From: Oculatellaceae cyanobacterium bins.114 | GTDB lineage: Bacteria; Cyanobacteriota; Cyanobacteriia; Elainellales; Elainellaceae | Assembly (NCBI GenBank): GCA_033764315.1 | Contig: JANRJA010000222.1 | Coordinates: 1-64,000 of the forward strand | Length of the DNA stretch: 64,000 nt | Direction of reading: 5' to 3' | Part shown: one piece after another, positions 31,121 to 42,819 of the stretch | How the letters are laid out: each line of letters begins with the position of its first letter | How positions within the stretch are numbered: the first letter of the stretch is position 1 | Made by a program: the position numbers and the translations under genes | The notes under the pieces: generated by a model | Seen by the model: the letters and a program-made list of their open reading frames with translations, nothing else | Told to the model about the DNA's origin: nothing | The model's database searches: none

Positions 31121-33025
31121 TCAAGGGGTATGTACGCGACATCCTTGACTCACCGCTTGAACTAATTCTTTAGCCGTGTAAGGTTTGGGTAAGAAACTTT
31201 GAATACCAGAGCTAGCCACGACTGCAATTTGAGAACTAGACACCAAGCCGCTGATAGCCACAATTTTGATCTGTGGATTAATTTTTTGTAATGCCCGAAT
31301 CGTCAGAGCACCATCCATTGAAGGCATCATAATGTCAACCAACACGAGGCTAATCTTGTCTTGATATTCGGTATAAAGCACGATCGCCTCAATGCCACTG
31401 TTAGCCGTTAAAACCTGATAATTGTATGCCTCCAACAATGCTTTATTGCTGGCACAAATTGCGGCTTCATCATCCACCACTAAAACCAACTCATTATTGC
31501 CAATTAAGATCTCTGAATCTTTGCTCTCCCAGGGTTCTGAAGCAACCACTGCCGGAAAAAAGAGATTAAAATGGGTGCCTTTACCCAATTCGCTGGAGAC
31601 ACTGACAAACCCCCCGTGGTTCTTAACGATACCAATCACTGTCGAAAGCCCCAATCCTGTGCCTTTGCCAAGCTCTTTGGTGGTAAAGAAGGGTTCAAAG
31701 ATGCGGTCGAGCACTTCTGGTGCAATGCCGCTGCCTGTGTCAGAGACACTGACCTGGATGAAGTGCCCCACTTTGGCATCCAGATTCATGCGGGCATAGT
31801 TTTCATCAATGAACAGATTTTGAGCGGCGATCGCCAGTTTGCCACCATCAGGCATAGCATCACAAGCGTTGATGCAAAGATTCATCAAAACCTGATGCAG
31901 TTGAGTGGCATTGCCTGTGATTGTCCAGAGATCTTGAGCAATTTTTAAGTCTATTTCAATCGATTTGGGGAATGTTTCCTCAACAATGTGTTGAATTTCA
32001 ATAATTAAGTGCCTCAGTTGCAAAATGGTTCGTTCTCCTTCGACCCCTCGTGCAAAAGACAACACTTGTTTAACCAACATAGCTCCTCGTTTGGCATTCA
32101 ATTCCAACATTTTCAAGAGTTGTTGATTGCGTTCGTCAGTTTTAGGAAACTTCATCTGCAATAGTTGGGCTGTAGACAAAATCGGAGTCAAAATATTGTT
32201 TAGATCATGTGCCAATCCACTTGCTAAAGTACCCAGGCTCTCCATCCGTTGAGCTCGCAAAAATTGTGTTTCTAATGTTTTCTTTTCAGTGATGTCTGTG
32301 CTTACAACGAGAATCGACTTCGGTTTATAGTCTTCATCGCGCATCAATGTCCAGCGACTTTCAACAATGATTTCTTTATCCTTTCGGCTAATTTGATGTA
32401 ACTCTCCAGACCATTCTCCTTGCTCAAATAATATCTTTTGAGCCAATTGAAATTGAGGTGAGAGTTGTTTGTACAAAATAGCTTTGGTGCGTTTCCCTAG
32501 TACTTCCTCTGCACTCCAACCGTAGAGATGTTCAGCTCCTTTATTCCAGAACACCACTCGGTTGTTTAAGTCTTCAACCAAGATGGCATCAGTTGCGATA
32601 TCGAGGAGGGCTGCCTGTTCTCGAATTTGGTGCTCGGTGCGCTTACGTTCGATCGCATACCGCACTGCCCGCACCAACAAATCTCCCGTTAATTGTCCCT
32701 TGACTAAGTAATCTTGTGCCCCTTCTTGCACTGCGGTAACTGCCATTGTTTCATCATTTAGACCCGTGATCACCACGATTGGAATCTTGCGAGCACAGCC
32801 ATGTAGTTTAGTAAACGTCTCAAATCCCTGTGTGTCAGGCAGAGAGAGATCGAGCAAAATCACATCAAAGTTATTTTCTTGTAATCGTTGTAAACCCTGA
32901 CTCAGGCGACCAACATGCTCTAGTTGAAATTTAACAGTATTTACTTCTAGCAAAAGCTCCCGTAATAGTCGGGCATCACCGGGATTATCTTCAATTAATA
33001 AAACGTGAATTGAATGCCTTTCCAT
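31121..33025 (-). CDS. Hybrid kinase REC-PAS-HK-REC
   Basis: ILLDLSLPD receiver; PAS; AHDLNNIL H box; PFFTTK..GKGTGLGL; C-terminal receiver LVDIMMP. Confidence 0.95.
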   Translation of the reverse strand: MERHSIHVLLIEDNPGDARLLRELLLEVNTVKFQLEHVGRLSQGLQRLQENNFDVILLDLSLPDTQGFETFTKLHGCARKIPIVVITGLNDETMAVTAVQEGAQDYLVKGQLTGDLLVRAVRYAIERKRTEHQIREQAALLDIATDAILVEDLNNRVVFWNKGAEHLYGWSAEEVLGKRTKAILYKQLSPQFQLAQKILFEQGEWSGELHQISRKDKEIIVESRWTLMRDEDYKPKSILVVSTDITEKKTLETQFLRAQRMESLGTLASGLAHDLNNILTPILSTAQLLQMKFPKTDERNQQLLKMLELNAKRGAMLVKQVLSFARGVEGERTILQLRHLIIEIQHIVEETFPKSIEIDLKIAQDLWTITGNATQLHQVLMNLCINACDAMPDGGKLAIAAQNLFIDENYARMNLDAKVGHFIQVSVSDTGSGIAPEVLDRIFEPFFTTKELGKGTGLGLSTVIGIVKNHGGFVSVSSELGKGTHFNLFFPAVVASEPWESKDSEILIGNNELVLVVDDEAAICASNKALLEAYNYQVLTANSGIEAIVLYTEYQDKISLVLVDIMMPSMDGALTIRALQKINPQIKIVAISGLVSSSQIAVVASSGIQSFLPKPYTAKELVQAVSQGCRVHTP

Positions 33026-33028
33026 TAT

Positions 33029-33475
33029 TTACTCCGATGGCAGCTTAACGATCGCTAGCCAAAAATTCTCAATTGACCGAATGACCTTGATAAACTGTTC
33101 TAGATCAATCGGTTTAGTAATGTAACAGTTTGCATGTAAGTCATAGGCTTTAAGGATATCTTCCTCGGCTTGAGATGTGGTTAGAACAATGACTGGAATT
33201 CGTTTCCATTGCTGATTTAATTTAATTTCAGCAAGCACTTCGCGTCCGTCTTTGCGAGGTAAGTTTAAGTCTAATAAGATTAAGTCTGGACGAGGAGCTT
33301 GGATAAAACGACCTGTTCTACACAAAAATTCAATTGCCTGTGCCCCATCTTCAACCACGTTTAAATGGTTTGATATTTTTCCATCTTTGAGCACTTCTCG
33401 CGTTAATCTGACATCACCGGGGTTATCCTCTATGAGTAAGATTTCAATTGGTCTGCCATTGGTATCACTGCTCAA
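33029..33475 (-). CDS. Single-domain response regulator (Rcp1-like)
   Basis: IEDNPGDV, PDLILLDLNLPRKDG, LTTSQAEEDI, ANCYITKP, FWLAIVKLP. TTG start overlaps the upstream TGA. Confidence 0.95.
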   Translation of the reverse strand: MSSDTNGRPIEILLIEDNPGDVRLTREVLKDGKISNHLNVVEDGAQAIEFLCRTGRFIQAPRPDLILLDLNLPRKDGREVLAEIKLNQQWKRIPVIVLTTSQAEEDILKAYDLHANCYITKPIDLEQFIKVIRSIENFWLAIVKLPSE

Positions 33476-36429
33476 AGCTGACTACTCCGTTTATCTCGTT
33501 CAGGAATTGTAAAGCAGAAGGTTGACCCGTTTCCAGGTTGAGAGTCAACCCAAATTTGGCCATTGTGACGCTCTACAATTTTTTTGCAAATGGCTAAACC
33601 GATCCCAGTACCAGCGTATTCTGTCCGATTATGTAATCGTTGAAAAATTACAAAAATTCGTTCAGCATATTGCGGATCAATACCAATGCCATTGTCTTGA
33701 ACCGAAAATAACCATTGTTCGGCTTGACGCTGAGCCGTGATGTGAACTGTGGGGCGATCAAGATTGTGGAACTTGATGGCATTGCCAATCAAATTTTGGA
33801 AAAGCTGCGTGAGTTGGATAGGGTCTACCAAGACTTCGGGCAAAGCATCCCAGGTGATGATGGCTTGTTTTTCTTCGATCGCAATTTGGAGATTGGCGAT
33901 CGCCTGCTGCATCAGCTTGGTGCAATCAGTCACCTCAAACGCCTTGCCACGAGTGCCCACCCGTGAATAAACCAGCAAATCATCAATCAGTATCTTCATG
34001 CGATTGGCACCATCCACAGCATAGGCAATAAAGTCATTGGCATCTCCATCCAACCGATCTTTATAGCGTCGCTCTAACAGTTGCAAATAACTACTAATCA
34101 TCCGTAATGGCTCTTGCAAATCGTGAGAGGCTATATAAGCAAACTGTTGCAACTCAGAGTTCGACCGAGCCAACTCTTGACGTTGACGGATTTCTTGCTC
34201 TAGCAACTGAGATTGAGTCAGGGCAATCCCAATTTGGTCTGCCAATTGTTGTAATAGATTGGTCTCAAAGCCAGTCCATTGTCGCGCAGATTTACACTGG
34301 TGGGCAATTAACAATCCCCACAGATGTTCTTTGATGAGAATAGGCACTACCAGTTTGGCTCGCACCTGAAATTGTCGAACAAAGTCAACCAAACAGGGAG
34401 ATACCGCTTCATCAACCGCCTCGACATCAGCGACCACACGCACTCGCCCTTGCTGATACAACTGTTGATAGTTTTTTGGAAAAACCTCTTCAGAGAATTG
34501 ATGGTCTAAAACGGAGGATAGTTCGGGTAAGACCGCTTCAGCCACTCCGCTGCCTGTGCCATCTGCCCAAAGCCGATAAATCAGCACGCGATCGGCTTGC
34601 AAAATTTGTTGTACCTCAGTCACCGCTGTTTGCAAAATGTCTTCTAGTTGCAGTGATTGACGAATTTTGAGCGTGACTTCAGCAAATAGTTGCGATCGCC
34701 GATGTTGTAGTTGCAATTTCTGCTCGGCTTGAGTTCGTTCTAATTCTGCCAAGGCACGGGTAGCAAAAATTTGCAACATGGCCTCTGCCATTTTGGGTTG
34801 ATGTAGTGGCTGACAACTGAGCACAACCAACAACCCCAACACCTGACCTGTGGCGTTTAACAGCGGCATGCCAATGTATCCTTCAACATTGAGCAAGACC
34901 AGCCAGGGATCATGGGGAAATAGTTGCTGCACTCCTTTGTCATAACAACACAACCCCTGTTGTAAGACAATTTCGCAAGGAGTGTCTTTCAACTCGTACT
35001 CAAAATTGTCCATTGCCTCACCTTTGCCATACACGGCTAGGGTTCTAGCGGTTGGCGAAGGAATATTGGACACGAGTTGACTAACAAAGGCGTAATCTGC
35101 ATTTAGAATCTGGGCTAGATAGTGCACCAGCGATCGCAAAAACTCATCTCCGGTTGCCGCTGAGACTCCCTCAGCCGTGTTGCGAAGCATATTTTCTAAC
35201 TGCTTTCGCTCGGTGATATCAGTCATGCCACCCACCATCTGTATCGGTCGTCCTTGCTTGTCATGGATGATGTGAGCGCGATCAATGACATCGGCAAAAG
35301 AACCATCGGCTCGTTGATAGCGATATTCATCAGTCCAGGAGATCTGACCCGTTTGGATGGCAGCATACATGCTCGATGTGACTCGTGAGCGATCGCCCGG
35401 ATGAATATGTTCGTACCACCACGTTACATCACGACCCACCTCTCCAATAGAGTAGCCAAACAGAGTTTCGATCCCCTCGCTCCACCAAACTTGATCCGTC
35501 ACAAGATTCCAATCCCAAATGGCGTCATTGGTCGCTTTGGCAATGAGTTGAAATCGTTCTTCGCTTTGACGTAGAGCCAGTTCTGACTGCTTGCGGGCTG
35601 TAATGTCTTGAAAATAAACAGATAGTCCGGTTTGAGCTGGATAGGCATGAATCGCAAACCACCGCCCTGATGGAGGATAAAACTCCTCAAATTCAATGCT
35701 GATTTGCTCAGCCATAGCTCGGTGATATTCTCTATAAAAACTAGAATTGACTGCTTCTGGAAACACTTCCCAAAAGTTTTTGTTGAGTAACTCTGCCTTA
35801 CTACGCTGCAAGAGTGGCTCTGCTTGGGGGTTGAGATAGGTACAGCACCAGTTATGATCTAACGCAAAAAAACCATCTGTAATACTCTCTAGAATGCTAA
35901 TGCTCCAGTTGCGAGCTGCCTCAGCCTCAGCCCTAGCCTGTTGCTCTTGAGCTAAGAGTTGAATCCGCTCTTCTTCGATTCGCTGACGCTCTTGAATCTC
36001 CTGCTCTAGGCGATCGTTTTGCTGTTGGAGTTGCTGCGTCAGATGTCGCAACTGCAAATGGGTTTGAATCCGAGCCAGCACTTCTTCGTGTTGCAAGGGC
36101 TTTGTGATGTAATCTACCGCCCCTAAGCTAAACCCCTTTACTTTATCGACTGTCTCTGTCAGAGCCGTCATAAAAATAATGGGAATGGGGTTTGTTGTAG
36201 CCTCTGATTTTAAGCGATAGCAGGTCTCAAACCCATCTATACCCGGCATGAGAATATCTAACAAAATCAAATCCGGCAACGCATAGCGAGCCTTTTGCAA
36301 AGCACTTTCGCCATCTTCTGCGACTAAGATCTTAAAACCAGCGTGAGTCAAGCAATCAAATAAAACTTCTAAATTGGTGGGGATATCATCCACGATCAGA
36401 ACGGTCCCCGAATGGGTTGTCTTACTCAT
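33472..36429 (-). CDS. REC-PAS-PAS-GAF-CBCR GAF-histidine kinase
   Basis: N-terminal receiver LLDILMP; last GAF has FSEEVFP...[18 protein letters not shown] (green/red CBCR signature); Cph1-type H box [12 protein letters not shown] at 36429 overlaps the upstream TGA. Confidence 0.93.
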   Translation of the reverse strand: MSKTTHSGTVLIVDDIPTNLEVLFDCLTHAGFKILVAEDGESALQKARYALPDLILLDILMPGIDGFETCYRLKSEATTNPIPIIFMTALTETVDKVKGFSLGAVDYITKPLQHEEVLARIQTHLQLRHLTQQLQQQNDRLEQEIQERQRIEEERIQLLAQEQQARAEAEAARNWSISILESITDGFFALDHNWCCTYLNPQAEPLLQRSKAELLNKNFWEVFPEAVNSSFYREYHRAMAEQISIEFEEFYPPSGRWFAIHAYPAQTGLSVYFQDITARKQSELALRQSEERFQLIAKATNDAIWDWNLVTDQVWWSEGIETLFGYSIGEVGRDVTWWYEHIHPGDRSRVTSSMYAAIQTGQISWTDEYRYQRADGSFADVIDRAHIIHDKQGRPIQMVGGMTDITERKQLENMLRNTAEGVSAATGDEFLRSLVHYLAQILNADYAFVSQLVSNIPSPTARTLAVYGKGEAMDNFEYELKDTPCEIVLQQGLCCYDKGVQQLFPHDPWLVLLNVEGYIGMPLLNATGQVLGLLVVLSCQPLHQPKMAEAMLQIFATRALAELERTQAEQKLQLQHRRSQLFAEVTLKIRQSLQLEDILQTAVTEVQQILQADRVLIYRLWADGTGSGVAEAVLPELSSVLDHQFSEEVFPKNYQQLYQQGRVRVVADVEAVDEAVSPCLVDFVRQFQVRAKLVVPILIKEHLWGLLIAHQCKSARQWTGFETNLLQQLADQIGIALTQSQLLEQEIRQRQELARSNSELQQFAYIASHDLQEPLRMISSYLQLLERRYKDRLDGDANDFIAYAVDGANRMKILIDDLLVYSRVGTRGKAFEVTDCTKLMQQAIANLQIAIEEKQAIITWDALPEVLVDPIQLTQLFQNLIGNAIKFHNLDRPTVHITAQRQAEQWLFSVQDNGIGIDPQYAERIFVIFQRLHNRTEYAGTGIGLAICKKIVERHNGQIWVDSQPGNGSTFCFTIPERDKRSSQL

Positions 36430-39400
36430 GCAGACCTCTGACACTGTTGAATAAACTCTAGAATTTGACGTTCTTTAAACCCTTTTGCCAATTGGCGCAG
36501 ATGAGCCGCAAAGGGAATCCACTGGGGATCGAGGGTTTCTAAATAATCACTGTGATCGAGAATGCCCTTGAGATCTCCCATGAGAGCCAAATCAAGCAAT
36601 ATTGTAATTTCTTCTGTTGGAGGAACAAGTAGCACCGGACTGGAGGGGGGCGTTATGTCTTGAGATGGGGAATTCCAGTTGGATGGCAATGGAGGGCTTT
36701 GCTTTACCTGTGCAGGTGACTCATATATCCATTCCAGCTTGAGGTGTTGGCTTAACTGATTCAACAGTTCTGCTTCCTGGATTGGTTTTGATAGAAAACT
36801 AGTGCAGCCAACATTGCGGCTTTGTTGTTGATCCATATCAAACACACTAGCTGAGATCGCAATAATAACGGTGTGTTGTAGGGCAGGCGACAGGCGAATT
36901 TGGCGAGTCGCCTCGAAGCCATCCATCACGGGCATCACTAAATCCATCAAAATAATATCAGGCTTCACCTGATCAGCTTTGTTTAGGGCCTCTCGTCCAT
37001 TCACCGCTTCGACCACATAAAACCCCAACGGTTGTAGCAGATGAGCCAGAATATAGCGATTTTCTTCCTTGTCATCAACCACTAAAATTGTGCGGCGATC
37101 GCCCTTATATCCAATTATAGTGGGGCGATCGAGCAGTCGATCAGACTGATGGGGCACAACCGCCACGTCTAGATCGACCCAAAAAGTGCTGCCTTGCTCT
37201 GGGGTACTCTCAACCTGAATCTGGCTTTGCATTAACTGCACCAGTTGACGGCTAATAGCAAGCCCTAATCCGGTGCCCTCGGTTTGCCTGTGTCGCTCAC
37301 CTACCTGACGAAATGGCAAAAAGATTTCTTGCAGGTGGTCGGGTGTAATGCCAATGCCCGTATCTTTGATTTGAAAGCGAATTTTGGCAGTGGGCAGAGG
37401 CTCTAAGCCTGATAGTGAGGGGTTTATAGAACCCAGCACCGCTACCGTAAATGTCACCCCGCCAGTCTCTGTAAATTTCACTGCATTGCCCAACAAATTG
37501 AGTAGCACTTGCCGTAACCGCTTTTCATCTATCTGGACTAACTTAGGCAGGGGAGTGAGTGGGGTATAGGTAAATGAAATGCCCTTTTGCTCTGCTCGGA
37601 TGCGGCACATTTGCACAATGCCTTCAAGGAACTCTAAGAAGTGCACATTGTGAGGATAGAGTTCCATTTTTTGAGCTTCGATCTTGGCCAGATCTAATAC
37701 ATCGCTGATCAAAGTCAGCAAATGCTCACCACAGTGTTGAATCACGGTTAGCCCATTTTTTTGAGCTTCAGAGAGGGCTTTATCCTTTCTAAGAATTTGG
37801 GTATACCCCAAAATGCCGTTCAACGGAGTTCGCAGTTCATGGCTCATGTTAGCTAAAAATTCGCTCTTGGCACGGTTGGCAGCATCCGCTGCTTCTTCTG
37901 CTCGCTGGCGATCGCGAATTTCTTGTTGCAAGTGTAAATTTTTGTCCTGCAACTCCAATGTTCGTTCTGCTACTTTGGCCTCTAATGTGCGATTGGCTTC
38001 TTCTAAATCGGCATAAAGGCGTGCATTTTCGATCGAGATTGCGGCCTGAGACGAGAGTAGTTGCAAGACATTTAACCGCTCTGGTGTGAATGCACCTGTC
38101 ATTAAATTATTTTCTAAATATAAGGCTCCACTAAGTTTCCCTTGATGCAAGATGGGGGTACACAAAATCGACCGGGGTTGATGTTGTGTGATGAATGGGT
38201 CAAGCATAAAGGCCCCTTCATAGGAGGCGTTGTTGAGCACAATCGGTTCATGGGTGCGGATGACGTAATTTACAATCGAGGTTGGGTAGGGGCATGGTTG
38301 CGACTGAGGGGAGCGTTCTTCTGGAGTAATTGCCTTGGAGGGTTTAATCTTGACCCCCTGATCACTAATTGCTCCCACCGCAGCAACCTCCAATTCACCT
38401 GCTTTGTCGAGCAATAAAAATCCCTTTTCTGCACCTGCATTTTCAAGCACAATTTGCATAAATTTAGTTAACAGTTTCTCTAACACAATTTCGCTAGAGA
38501 GCACCTGTGATGCCTTGATGACAGTAGCGAGATCGAGGGTTTCAGATTGGTTTTTACGAGTTGGAATCGATGTATTTTGAGGAGAATGGGAAACCTCTTG
38601 TGATTGTAATTGCCCTAACACTTGAGGATAGCGGGTTTCTAAATCGTAGACTTTAGCCGTTGCCCCCCAGCGAATGTAACCGTAATAGGCTTCACTTAAA
38701 TATTCTTTGGCAAGTTTGTCTTGATGCGACGCAAAATAGAAGGTTGCTGCCCGTTCATTGGCTAGAGCCTCTTCTTGAATATACCCCGTGTCTTTAGCTG
38801 TAGCGATCGCCCGATCATACAACTCCATTGCCTCTACCGAATTTCCTAAAACTGACCCCTTTTCAGCCTCAACCAGAAGGTACTTATGCAAAAAGTTCAT
38901 CGGTGCATGCTCTGCCCAATACTGCATCTTGACTTGATTGCGATTAACCTGATCGAGAATTTTGGTTTGCTCTGTTGCAGAGCGAGAAGAATAAACAGCC
39001 AGTTGGGTCAAAGAATCGTAAAAATAAAAAATAGGGACAACTAAAAAAGCTTTGACTCCATCTAGATACTGCTCAGCTTGCGCTGCATTTTCTAACGCCT
39101 GTTGATAGTCCCCAAACAAATAACAGAGAATTAATTTATTGAAGTAAAAGTAGTGAAGCCCAGTGCGGTCATTGGCTTGCTGAAGCAGGGACAAGGAGTA
39201 CTTTTCATTGAACGCATTGCCCAATAAGCAACACACATCCTCAGAAGATGCCAATAGATTGAGTACAGCCTGTTGAAAGATTTGATTCCACATCAAGGCA
39301 TTTTCTTGCTTGAGCTGAGCCAATGTATCGCTCACGGTTTGCATGTCTGGCTCAAGCCGAGTCAACTCTTGTCCGATTAAGTAGGAGTGTTGACACTTTT

Positions 39401-42400
39401 GCACCGCCGCATAACCGCCATACTCAAACTGGCCATTCTCCAGACCACTCTGATAGCCATTCACTAATAAGGGCAACGTTTCTCGAACATGCACTTTGCC
39501 ATGCATGGTGCACGCCCCTGCTACAAAAAAGACACTGGCTTTGAGGGCTTGTGTATTAAATCGTTCGACTAAATTTAAAGCCAGCTTGCCAAATTGATAA
39601 GCTGCTTCTACCTCTTGAGCAATGCCATTGAGAATAACACCGTAACAAACATAACCATAGGCAGAGTAAGGCGAATTGCCATATTGAATAGATAAATTAA
39701 CCTGTTCACAGATCACTAAGGGAAATAATCCTGGTGCAGCTTGATAAGTTGGGGAGCCTAAACTCATTAGCATCCGAATCGCGGCTAACTTATCAACCTT
39801 TGTCATCAGTGGCAGGTTAATCAAGTCTTCAATGTTTTTGTCTACTAAATTTGTACTGGTGTGAGCCAAGGTTTGTTGAATGTCGCGATCGCTCGGTAAA
39901 GCAGGTAAGGTCATGCCTAACAGGGCTAGAGCTTGGAGTCCGATTTTAACGGCCTCAAGCTGTTTGAGTTGAGCCATGCAAGCTTGAATTTTGACCTCAT
40001 ACACTTTCATTTTGTCGATGGAGGTGTTAGCTCGGTCTAGCAAAGTGGTTGCCCACTGCTCCATTAATTCAAAATCACCCGTGAGATAGGCTGTTTCTAA
40101 TCCGGCTCCATAGAGTGATAGGGTTAGCTCATAGTGACTCTGCCAACTCTCGAATGTGAGCAAACGCACCCCTACCTTTAAGTAACGCAGTGCTGGTTCA
40201 TAGGCTGCTGCGGCTTTGGCTTTTTGCCCAGCGATCAAATTTAATTCGGCTAACTCACATTGTTGGGTTGCTGACGTCAATAGATCGATTCCATAGTTGA
40301 GATGGTTAACCAGATCAAAAATATTGTCTCGGCGTTCTTCAAGAGTCAGACTCTGCAACAATAATTGTCCAATTTTGAGGTGTGTTTCCTGTTTTTGAGA
40401 ATCTGGAATCAGAGAATAGGCGGCTTGTTGCACCCGGTCATGCAAAAATTGATAGCCCGTTTGGTCTCCTCTGATCGGTGAAGATGGATCACTCTGAGTC
40501 AGGGCTAAAACTAAACCAGCCTGGAGTGCCTCCCAGACATGCCGCGCTGTTTCAGAAAGTGAGGTTTGACTAACGATCGCCAGCACATCCAAGGTAAATT
40601 TATTGCCAATGCAAGCCGCTAATTTAAGACTCTGTTGGGTTGCTGGTGAAAGCTTTTGAATTTGATTAATCATTAACTCAACAACATTATCGGTGATGTC
40701 AAGTTCTTGCAGTGTATTGACATTCCACTGCCAAACTCCTTGATTAAAATCAAACGTTAATAGATAGTCTTCATACAGTGATTTTAGGAGTTGAGTCAAG
40801 AAAAAAGGATTGCCTTGAGTTTTCTGAAACAATAACTTTGCTAATGGCTGAACCTCTACTGAATTGGTCTGGAGAGTATCTGCAACCAGTTGATTGACAT
40901 GGTTTTCTTGGAGAGAAGAGAGAACAATATTTTGGATCGTGATACCGCTCTGACGAATCTGATCTAAGGTGTGCACTAACGGGTGAGCCGTGTTGACTTC
41001 GTGATCGCGGTAAGCCCCAATCAACAGCAAGTTTTGGTTGTCTGGGTCGGTCATAATCCGCTCAATCAATTTGAGGGAGGGGAGATCTGCCCATTGCAAA
41101 TCATCGAAAAAGACCACCAGCGGACTTTGAGGTTGACTTAAAACCCGAATAAATTGTTGAAACACTCGATTAAAGCGGTTTTGCGCTTCTGATGAGCCAA
41201 GTTGAGGGACAGGGGGCTGAGGACCAATAATTTGCTCAACCTCAGGAATCACATCAATAATGATTTGCCCATTTGAACCCAGTGCTTGCAACAAGTGCGA
41301 TCGCCAATGGGCAATGTTGTCATCATTTTCGGTCAGAAGTTGACGCATCAACGCCTGAAACGCTTGGATAAAAGACGTGTAAGGAATATTACGTTTGAAC
41401 TGATCAAATTTACCAGACGTGAAATAACCGCTCTGGCGCACGATCCAGTTGTGCACTTCGTATACCAGAGACGATTTGCCAATGCCAGAGTAGCCACTAA
41501 CCAGCACCATTTCTGGATGGCCTTGTTGAGCCCGATCGAACGCATTAAGTAATTGAGCAACTTCCGGTTCACGCCCATACAACGTGCGAGGAATGGAGAA
41601 CTGACCCCGTGAGTCTAGCTCTGCAATGACAAAGTTAGACACCTGACCCGTCTGTTGCAACCTGCTTTGACAGGTTTCAAGGTCGGCTTTGAGTCCGAGC
41701 GCACTTTGATAGCGATCGTCTGCGCTTTTAGCCAACAACTTCATGACGATGTCAGAGACCACCAGAGGAATGCTTGGATTCAGCTGCACCGGAGAGATAG
41801 GGGTTTTTGCGATGTGGCAGTGAATCAGTTCGAGCGAGTCAGTTGTTTGATAGGGCAGTTGTCCGGTTAACAATTCATAGAATGTGACGCCCAACGCATA
41901 GAAGTCAGTCCGATAGTCGATGGCTCGATTCATCCTACCGGTTTGCTCTGGAGACATGTAGGCGAGAGTGCCTTGTAGCGAATGAAGGGGATCAAGTGTC
42001 TGTCGTAGCGACAATTGTGAGGCAACCCCAAAGTTAATCAGTTTAATGTGACCCGTGACGGGGTCAATCAACAGGTTTTGTGGCTTAATGTCTTGATGAA
42101 CAATGTGATGTTGATGGAGTTGAGCGAGCGTTGAGGCGAGTTGAATGCCAAGCGTGAGGAACTGGCTTAATGAAAGAGGCTGAGCACCAACAACCTGAGG
42201 CAGCGATCGCCCTTGAAAATCAGTAAAAATTAACGCCAACCTGTTGCGATAATGCTCTAACAGCAACGGTTTTAAGACACCCTCTAGATCTAACGGTTGC
42301 AAAAGTTTAAATTCGTGTCTTAACTGAGCCAGTGCCTCCCCCGTAGGATGGTCAGTCTTAAACGCTTTAATAATGACGGACTGTTGCTCTGGCTGTTTAG

Positions 42401-42470
42401 AAGCGCGATAAAGGACGGTGCTTGCTCCCTCATCAATCATCTCTAACAGGGTATAGCCAGCAATATGCAT
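36426..42470 (-). CDS. Multidomain Ser/Thr kinase-AAA ATPase-GAF-histidine kinase-REC (HstK-like)
   Basis: [20 protein letters not shown], Walker [41 protein letters not shown], receiver LMDLVMP. Confidence 0.96.
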   Translation of the reverse strand: MHIAGYTLLEMIDEGASTVLYRASKQPEQQSVIIKAFKTDHPTGEALAQLRHEFKLLQPLDLEGVLKPLLLEHYRNRLALIFTDFQGRSLPQVVGAQPLSLSQFLTLGIQLASTLAQLHQHHIVHQDIKPQNLLIDPVTGHIKLINFGVASQLSLRQTLDPLHSLQGTLAYMSPEQTGRMNRAIDYRTDFYALGVTFYELLTGQLPYQTTDSLELIHCHIAKTPISPVQLNPSIPLVVSDIVMKLLAKSADDRYQSALGLKADLETCQSRLQQTGQVSNFVIAELDSRGQFSIPRTLYGREPEVAQLLNAFDRAQQGHPEMVLVSGYSGIGKSSLVYEVHNWIVRQSGYFTSGKFDQFKRNIPYTSFIQAFQALMRQLLTENDDNIAHWRSHLLQALGSNGQIIIDVIPEVEQIIGPQPPVPQLGSSEAQNRFNRVFQQFIRVLSQPQSPLVVFFDDLQWADLPSLKLIERIMTDPDNQNLLLIGAYRDHEVNTAHPLVHTLDQIRQSGITIQNIVLSSLQENHVNQLVADTLQTNSVEVQPLAKLLFQKTQGNPFFLTQLLKSLYEDYLLTFDFNQGVWQWNVNTLQELDITDNVVELMINQIQKLSPATQQSLKLAACIGNKFTLDVLAIVSQTSLSETARHVWEALQAGLVLALTQSDPSSPIRGDQTGYQFLHDRVQQAAYSLIPDSQKQETHLKIGQLLLQSLTLEERRDNIFDLVNHLNYGIDLLTSATQQCELAELNLIAGQKAKAAAAYEPALRYLKVGVRLLTFESWQSHYELTLSLYGAGLETAYLTGDFELMEQWATTLLDRANTSIDKMKVYEVKIQACMAQLKQLEAVKIGLQALALLGMTLPALPSDRDIQQTLAHTSTNLVDKNIEDLINLPLMTKVDKLAAIRMLMSLGSPTYQAAPGLFPLVICEQVNLSIQYGNSPYSAYGYVCYGVILNGIAQEVEAAYQFGKLALNLVERFNTQALKASVFFVAGACTMHGKVHVRETLPLLVNGYQSGLENGQFEYGGYAAVQKCQHSYLIGQELTRLEPDMQTVSDTLAQLKQENALMWNQIFQQAVLNLLASSEDVCCLLGNAFNEKYSLSLLQQANDRTGLHYFYFNKLILCYLFGDYQQALENAAQAEQYLDGVKAFLVVPIFYFYDSLTQLAVYSSRSATEQTKILDQVNRNQVKMQYWAEHAPMNFLHKYLLVEAEKGSVLGNSVEAMELYDRAIATAKDTGYIQEEALANERAATFYFASHQDKLAKEYLSEAYYGYIRWGATAKVYDLETRYPQVLGQLQSQEVSHSPQNTSIPTRKNQSETLDLATVIKASQVLSSEIVLEKLLTKFMQIVLENAGAEKGFLLLDKAGELEVAAVGAISDQGVKIKPSKAITPEERSPQSQPCPYPTSIVNYVIRTHEPIVLNNASYEGAFMLDPFITQHQPRSILCTPILHQGKLSGALYLENNLMTGAFTPERLNVLQLLSSQAAISIENARLYADLEEANRTLEAKVAERTLELQDKNLHLQQEIRDRQRAEEAADAANRAKSEFLANMSHELRTPLNGILGYTQILRKDKALSEAQKNGLTVIQHCGEHLLTLISDVLDLAKIEAQKMELYPHNVHFLEFLEGIVQMCRIRAEQKGISFTYTPLTPLPKLVQIDEKRLRQVLLNLLGNAVKFTETGGVTFTVAVLGSINPSLSGLEPLPTAKIRFQIKDTGIGITPDHLQEIFLPFRQVGERHRQTEGTGLGLAISRQLVQLMQSQIQVESTPEQGSTFWVDLDVAVVPHQSDRLLDRPTIIGYKGDRRTILVVDDKEENRYILAHLLQPLGFYVVEAVNGREALNKADQVKPDIILMDLVMPVMDGFEATRQIRLSPALQHTVIIAISASVFDMDQQQSRNVGCTSFLSKPIQEAELLNQLSQHLKLEWIYESPAQVKQSPPLPSNWNSPSQDITPPSSPVLLVPPTEEITILLDLALMGDLKGILDHSDYLETLDPQWIPFAAHLRQLAKGFKERQILEFIQQCQRSA

Positions 42471-42695
42471 GGTGATTGATCAACCTTCCCCGGTGCGAAT
42501 CTATTCACAATAGGATCCATGATGACCCAATTCATCTGGTGTAGGAACGCTTCAAAAGAAGTTACTAAACTTTTTAAGAATTAAGCAACGTTCGTACACA
42601 AAGAGCAATTTGGGGAGATGGTAAAATCTACAGTTTTCAACCTGGATTTGGTTTAATCATCTTTGAAATTAAACAAAATTTAATAATCACAACTA

Positions 42696-42714
42696 TCTCA
42701 CATTTTTTTCACAT
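42696..42714 (+). promoter_or_regulatory. TCACA direct repeat with 11-bp period, candidate OmpR-family site
   Basis: TCACA at 42698 and 42709, upstream of the OmpR-type regulator. Short motif; function is inferred. Confidence 0.3.
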
Positions 42715-42819
42715 AGTCTTAGTAGAGTTCCTGGCTTTGGTGTTGTACGCTCCAATCGCTCGTCTATTGCATCTAAAAATCATGGTTGACAAAAAACTCG
42801 TGGATGGGGATGGAGCCTT

